Shown piece after piece: positions 34,801 through 42,101 of a stretch of DNA of 42,101 bases. How positions within the stretch are numbered: the first letter of the stretch is position 1; every line of letters begins with the position of its first letter. Origin of the DNA: Nemertoderma westbladi (lineage: Eukaryota; Animalia; Xenacoelomorpha); the NCBI GenBank assembly GCA_032718475.1, contig JAUCBJ010002694.1, positions 1 through 42,101 on the forward strand, read 5' to 3'. A program made the translations under genes and the position numbers. Under the pieces are notes generated by a model. It saw only the letters and a program-made list of their open reading frames with translations. It did not search any database and was not told the origin of the DNA.

Positions 34801-37800
34801 GTAGCTGCACTACAGTAGAAACTATACTACCGTTGTAGTAGCTGCACTACCGTAGAAACTATACTACCGTTGTATTAGCTGCACTACCGTAGAAACTACA
34901 CTACCGCTGTAGTAGCTGCACTACCGTAGAAACTATACTACCGTTGTAGTAGCTGCACTACCGTAGAAACTATACTACCGTTGTAGTAGCTGTACTACCG
35001 TATAAACTACACTACCGTTGTAGTAGCTGCACTACCGTAGAAACTATACTACCGTTGCAGTAGCTGCACTACCATAGAAACTACACTACCGTTGTAGTAG
35101 CTGCACTACCGTATAAACTACACTACCGTTGTAGTAGCTGCACTACCGTAGAAACTATACTACCGTTGTAGTAGCTGCACTACCGTATAAACTACACTAC
35201 CGTTGTAGTAGCTGCACTACCATAGAAACTACACTACCGTTGTAGTAGCTGCACTACCGTAGAAACTACACTACCGTTGTAGTAGCTGCACTACCATAGA
35301 AACTACACTACCGTTGTAGTAGCTGCACTACCGTATAAACTACACTACCGTTGTAGTAGCTGCACTACCATAGAAACTACACTACCGTTGTAGTAGCTGC
35401 ACTACCGTAGAAACTACACTACCGTTGTAGTAGCTGCACTACTGTAGAAACTACACTACCGTTGTAGTAGCTGCACTACAGTAGAAACTATACTACCGTT
35501 GTAGTAGCTGCACTACCGTAGAAACTACACTACCGTTGTAGTAGCTGCACTACCGTAGAAACTACACTACCGTTGTCGTAGCTGCACTACCGTAGAAACT
35601 ACACTAACGTTGTAGTAGCTGCACTACCGTAGAAACTATACTACCGTTGTAGTAGCTGCACTACAGTAGAAACTATACTACCGTTGTAGTAGCTGCACTA
35701 CCGTAGAAACTATACTACCGTTGTATTAGCTGCACTACCATAGAAACTACACTACCGCTGTAGTAGCTGCACTACCGTAGAAACTATACTACCGTTGTAG
35801 TAGCTGCACTACCGTAGAAACTATACTACCGTTGTAGTAGCTGCACTACCGTTATATTAGCTGCACTACCGTAGAAACTATACTACCGTTGTAGTAGCTG
35901 CACTACCGTATAAACTATACTACCGTTGTAGTAGCTGCACTACCGTATAAACTATACTACCGTTGTAGTAGCTGCACTACCGTAGAAACTACACTACCGT
36001 TGTAGTAGCTGCACTACCGTAGAAACTACACTACCGTTGTCGTAGCTGCACTACCGTAGAAACTACACTACCGTTGTAGTAGCTGCACTACCGTAGAAAC
36101 TATACTACCGTTGTAGTAGCTGCACTACAGTAGAAACTATACTACCGTTGTAGTAGCTGCACTACCGTAGAAACTATACTACCGTTGTATTAGCTGCACT
36201 ACCGTAGAAACTACACTACCGCTGTAGTAGCTGCACTACCGTAGAAACTATACTACCGTTGTAGTAGCTGCACTACCGTAGAAACTATACTACCGTTGTA
36301 GTAGCTGCACTACCGTTATATTAGCTGCACTACCGTAGAAACTATACTACCGTTGTAGTAGCTGCACTACCGTATAAACTATACTACCGTTGTAGTAGCT
36401 GCACTACCGTAGAAACTACACTACCGTTGTAGTAGCTGCACTACCGTATAAACTATACTACCATTGTAGTAGCTGCACTACCGTAGAATCTATAATACCG
36501 TTGTAGTAGCTGCACTGCCGTTGTATTAGCTGCACTACCGTAGAAACTACACTACCGTTGTAGTAGCTGCACTACCGTAGAAACTATACTAGCGTTGTAG
36601 TAGCTGCACTACCGTAGAAACTACACTACCGTTGTAGTAGCTGCACTACCGTAGAAACTATACTACCGTTGTAGTAGCTGCACTACCGTAGAAACTATAC
36701 TACCGTTGTATTAGCTGCACTACCGTAGAAACTACACTACCGCTGTAGTAGCTGCACTACCGTAGAAACTATACTACCGTTGTAGTAGCTGCACTACCGT
36801 AGAAACTATACTACCGTTGTATTAGCTGCACTACCGTAGAAACTACACTACCGCTGTAGTAGCTGCACTACCGTAGAAACTATACTACCGTTGTAGTAGC
36901 TGCACTACCGTAGAAACTATACTACCGTTGTAGTAGCTGCACTACCGTTGTATTAGCTGCACTACCGTAGAAACTATACTACCGTTGTAGTAGCTGCACT
37001 ACCGTATAAACTATACTACCGTTGTAGTAGCTGCACTACCGTAGAAACTACACTACCGTTGTAGTAGCTGCACTACCGTATAAACTATACTACCGTTGTA
37101 GTAGCTGCACTACCGTAGAAACTACACTACCGTTGTCGTAACTGCACTACCGTATAAACTATACTACCGTTGTAGTAGCTGCACTACAGTAGAAACTATA
37201 CTACCGTTGTAGTAGCTGCACTACCGTAGAAACTATACTACCGTTGTATTAGCTGCACTACCGTAGAAACTACACTACCGCTGTAGTAGCTGCACTACCG
37301 TAGAAACTATACTACCGTTGTAGTAGCTGCACTACCGTAGAAACTATACTACCGTTGTAGTAGCTGTACTACCGTATAAACTACACTACCGTTGTAGTAG
37401 CTGCACTACCGTAGAAACTATACTACCGTTGTAGTAGCTGCACTACCATAGAAACTACACTACCGTTGTAGTAGCTGCACTACCGTATAAACTACACTAC
37501 CGTTGTAGTAGCTGCACTACCGTAGAAACTATACTACCGTTGTAGTAGCTGCACTACCGTATACACTACACTACCGTTGTAGTAGCTGCACTACCATAGA
37601 AACTACACTACCGTTGTAGTAGCTGCACTACCGTAGAAACTACACTACCGTTGTAGTAGCTGCACTACCATAGAAACTACACTACCGTTGTAGTAGCTGC
37701 ACTACCGTATAAACTACACTACCGTTGTAGTAGCTGCACTACCATAGAAACTACACTACCGTTGTAGTAGCTGCACTACCGTAGAAACTACACTACCGTT

Positions 37801-40800
37801 GTAGTAGCTGCACTACTGTAGAAACTACACTACCGTTGTAGTAGCTGCACTACAGTAGAAACTATACTACCGTTGTAGTAGCTGCACTACCGTAGAAACT
37901 ACACTACCGTTGTAGTAGCTGCACTACCGTAGAAACTACACTACCGTTGTCGTAGCTGCACTACCGTAGAAACTACACTAACGTTGTAGTAGCTGCACTA
38001 CCGTAGAAACTATACTACCGTTGTAGTAGCTGCACTACAGTAGAAACTATACTACCGTTGTAGTAGCTGCACTACCGTAGAAACTATACTACCGTTGTAT
38101 TAGCTGCACTACCATAGAAACTACACTACCGCTGTAGTAGCTGCACTACCGTAGAAACTATACTACCGTTGTAGTAGCTGCACTACCGTAGAAACTATAC
38201 TACCGTTGTAGTAGCTGCACTACCGTTATATTAGCTGCACTACCGTAGAAACTATACTACCGTTGTAGTAGCTGCACTACCGTATAAACTATACTACCGT
38301 TGTAGTAGCTGCACTACCGTATAAACTATACTACCGTTGTAGTAGCTGCACTACCGTAGAAACTACACTACCGTTGTAGTAGCTGCACTACCGTAGAAAC
38401 TACACTACCGTTGTCGTAGCTGCACTACCGTAGAAACTACACTACCGTTGTAGTAGCTGCACTACCGTAGAAACTATACTACCGTTGTAGTAGCTGCACT
38501 ACAGTAGAAACTATACTACCGTTGTAGTAGCTGCACTACCGTAGAAACTATACTACCGTTGTATTAGCTGCACTACCGTAGAAACTACACTACCGCTGTA
38601 GTAGCTGCACTACCGTAGAAACTATACTACCGTTGTAGTAGCTGCACTACCGTAGAAACTATACTACCGTTGTAGTAGCTGCACTACCGTTATATTAGCT
38701 GCACTACCGTAGAAACTATACTACCGTTGTAGTAGCTGCACTACCGTATAAACTATACTACCGTTGTAGTAGCTGCACTACCGTAGAAACTACACTACCG
38801 TTGTAGTAGCTGCACTACCGTATAAACTATACTACCGTTGTAGTAGCTGCACTACCGTAGAATCTATAATACCGTTGTAGTAGCTGCACTGCCGTTGTAT
38901 TAGCTGCACTACCGTAGAAACTACACTACCGTTGTAGTAGCTGCACTACCGTAGAAACTATACTAGCGTTGTAGTAGCTGCACTACCGTAGAAACTACAC
39001 TACCGTTGTAGTAGCTGCACTACCGTAGAAACTATACTACCGTTGTAGTAGCTGCACTACCGTAGAAACTATACTACCGTTGTAGTAGCTGCACTACCGT
39101 TGTATTAGCTGCACTACCGTAGAAACTATACTACCGTTGTAGTAGCTGCACTACCGTATAAACTATACTACCGTTGTAGTAGCTGCACTACCGTAGAAAC
39201 TACACTACCGTTGTAGTAGCTGCACTACCGTATAAACTATACTACCGTTGTAGTAGCTGCACTACCGTAGAATCTATAATACCGTTGTAGTAGCTGCACT
39301 GCCGTTGTATTAGCTGCACTAGCGTAGAAACTACACTACCGTTGTAGTAGCTGCACTACCGTAGAAACTATACTACCGTTGTAGTAGCTGCACTACCGTT
39401 GTAGTAGCTGCACTACCGTAGAAACTATACTACCGTTGTAGTAGCTGCACTACCGTAGAATCTATAATACCGTTGTAGTAGCTGCACTGCCGTTGTAGTA
39501 GCTGCACTGCCGTTGTAGTAGCTGCACTACCGTTGTAGTAGCTGCACTACCGTAGAAACTATACTACCGTTGTAGTAGCTGCACTACCGTAGAAACTATA
39601 CTACCGTTGTAGTAGCTGCACTGCCGTTGTATTAGCTGCACTACCGTAGAAACTACACTACCGTTGTAGTAGCTGCACTACCGTAGAAACTATACTACCG
39701 TTGTAGTAGCTGCACTACCGTAGAAACTATACTACCGTTGTATTAGCTGCACTACCGTAGAAACTACACTACCGCTGTAGTAGCTGCACTACCGTAGAAA
39801 CTATACTACCGTTGTAGTAGCTGCACTACCGTAGAAACTATACTACCGTTGTAGTAGCTGCACTACCGTTGTATTAGCTGCACTACCGTAGAAACTATAC
39901 TACCGTTGTAGTAGCTGCACTACCGTATAAACTATACTACCGTTGTAGTAGCTGCACTACCGTAGAAACTACACTACCGTTGTAGTAGCTGCACTACCGT
40001 ATAAACTATACTACCGTTGTAGTAGCTGCACTACCGTAGAATCTATAATACCGTTGTAGTAGCTGCACTGCCGTTGTATTAGCTGCACTACCGTAGAAAC
40101 TACACTACCGTTGTAGTAGCTGCACTACCGTAGAAACTATACTACCGTTGTAGTAGCTGCACTACCGTAGAAACTACACTACCGTTGTCGTAACTGCACT
40201 ACCGTATAAACTATACTACCGTTGTAGTAGCTGCACTACCGTATAAACTACACTACCGTTGTAGTAGCTGCACTACCGTAGAAACTATACTACCGTTGTA
40301 GTAGCTGCACTACCATAGAAACTACACTACCGTTGTAGTAGCTGCACTACCGTATAAACTACACTACCGTTGTAGTAGCTGCACTACCGTAGAAACTATA
40401 CTACCGTTGTAGTAGCTTCACTACCGTATAAACTACACTACCGTTGTAGTAGCTGCACTACCATAGAAACTACACTACCGTTGTAGTAGCTGCACTACCG
40501 TAGAAACTACACTAAGCTGCACTACCATAGAAACTACACTACCGTTGTAGTAGCTGCACTACCGTATAAACTACACTACCGTTGTAGTAGCTGCACTACC
40601 ATAGAAACTACACTACCGTTGTAGTAGCTGCACTACCGTAGAAACTACACTACCGTTGTAGTAGCTGCACTACTGTAGAAACTACACTACCGTTGTAGTA
40701 GCTGCACTACAGTAGAAACTATACTACCGTTGTAGTAGCTGCACTACCGTAGAAACTACACTACCGTTGTAGTAGCTGCACTACCGTAGAAACTACACTA

Positions 40801-41058
40801 CCGTTGTCGTAGCTGCACTACCGTAGAAACTACACTACCGTTGTAGTAGCTGCACTACCGTAGAAACTATACTACCGTTGTAGTAGCTGCACTACAGTAG
40901 AAACTATACTACCGTTGTAGTAGCTGCACTACCGTAGAAACTATACTACCGTTGTATTAGCTGCACTACCGTAGAAACTACACTACCGCTGTAGTAGCTG
41001 CACTACCGTAGAAACTATACTACCGTTGTAGTAGCTGCACTACCGTTATATTAGCTGC
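31831..41058. repeat. 37-bp satellite CTA(T/C)ACTACCGTTGTAGTAGCTGCACTACCGTAGAAA, ~250 copies, with higher-order structure
   Basis: Directly visible 9.2-kb array. The unit is 20+17 bp with both subunits sharing ACTACCGT; occasional extra 20-bp monomers. Confidence 0.98.
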
Positions 41059-42101
41059 TGTTGATGACCTACTCATTGTTGTTATATCTTTTGTCCTAAC
41101 CCAACCATATGACTCTCCCCACATCATTTACCCTGTTATTATGCGTTGTCCTAACTATAGTTATATAAAGATAGGCCCATACATTCTATGTTATCTTTTA
41201 TAAGTGCGCTACATTATTATATGGATAGAGACTGATTGGCTCACATGCAATGTTTGTTTATCTCATATGTACTTTCCTGTGGGTTTATATTGCCTTACAT
41301 ATTTCCTATATGATATAGCGGCTGTTATAGCTAGTTATCTGACAGTGACACTGAAGCGTTAGGGAAGCACAGCCGGTTTCAGTATGTTTAGAGTTGGATC
41401 TTTCATTAATGTATTAACATCATAACAATTAAGATTACTGATTAAACCACATAAATCTACTTATCAACATTATTGCAATTATCATTATTATTAACGTTAC
41501 CGTATACATTAACATAGTGCATTAATTATATTCATCTTGTTATCTTAGTGTAATTTAGAAATGCTATTGAGATTATATTGACTATTATTATTATATTTCA
41601 TTTATATTTATACATGTTCTTTTAGCTAAGGTTAGATGCTTACATACATATGACAAATGACACAACTCAAAGGTCCATCCTGTTTCGTTTATTGATTTAG
41701 TTTATAAACATATCAACGACCGAGTTGTGCGTTGATATTTTTAATACATTAGATAGTTCCAGCTGGTTTTATTCTGGGTACCTTAAATGTACTTACATGT
41801 AGGAATAACGTTATTGTAAACGGGTTGGAAAATTATCTGGATGTAAAGGTGCTTCCTTATTTGTGCTTCAGTTTAGTGTCACTGTCATTTGTTTGACAAA
41901 GTGTTGGTACCGACCGTTTTGGTCTTTGGTACAACGTCAAACGTGGTCAGGCTATCCATTGTTATTAATTATTACATTGGGTAGGCTTTACTGATCAAGT
42001 TTATAGACTAACAATTATTGTCTGTCTATATGTACTTACGGTATATGCATTTAGGCTTTCAGTTTGTATCTGCCTTACTGCCTATCTGTATCTGTATACC
42101 G

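Noticed and set aside
11741-41058. Tandem arrays as CRISPR arrays
   Set aside because: No unique spacers, no cas genes, and a eukaryotic intron-containing context.
31831-41058. GTAGTAG in the 37-bp satellite matching the element terminus AGTAGTAG
   Set aside because: Only a 7-bp trinucleotide-type match; no further similarity.

Overview
AT-rich, repeat-dense animal (probably invertebrate) genomic DNA. Two host genes are well supported: a single-exon secreted fibrinogen-domain (FReD) gene (3001-4092) and a two-exon TAF1B/Rrn7 gene (9268-9757, 10158-11782) whose stop codon is supplied by a 20-bp minisatellite. A small-exon minus-strand gene near 30.5-31 kb is possible. About 17 kb is tandem repeat (6, 20, 22, 30 and 37 bp units), and the long ORFs over these arrays are artefacts. 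Mobile DNA includes a tRNA-SINE with TSD and remnants of CR1, L2/CR1-group and CRE/RLE LINEs. Two structures stand out. (1) A ~590-bp foldback retroposon (17907-18497; 13-bp TSD, (ATT)n tail) carries in each arm a Pol III tRNA-like gene with a minimal type I hammerhead ribozyme built between its A and B boxes. (2) A 6.6-kb element (21580-28150) has AGTAGT...ACTACT Polinton/Maverick-like termini, ~2 kb mosaic inverted arms, terminal hairpins, tRNA-Val-like genes, a palindromic 22-bp satellite and one central zinc-finger gene with an intact-looking promoter. A relative of it at 1-2127 carries a different tandem repeat at the homologous position. All calls are by eye; no database search was run.
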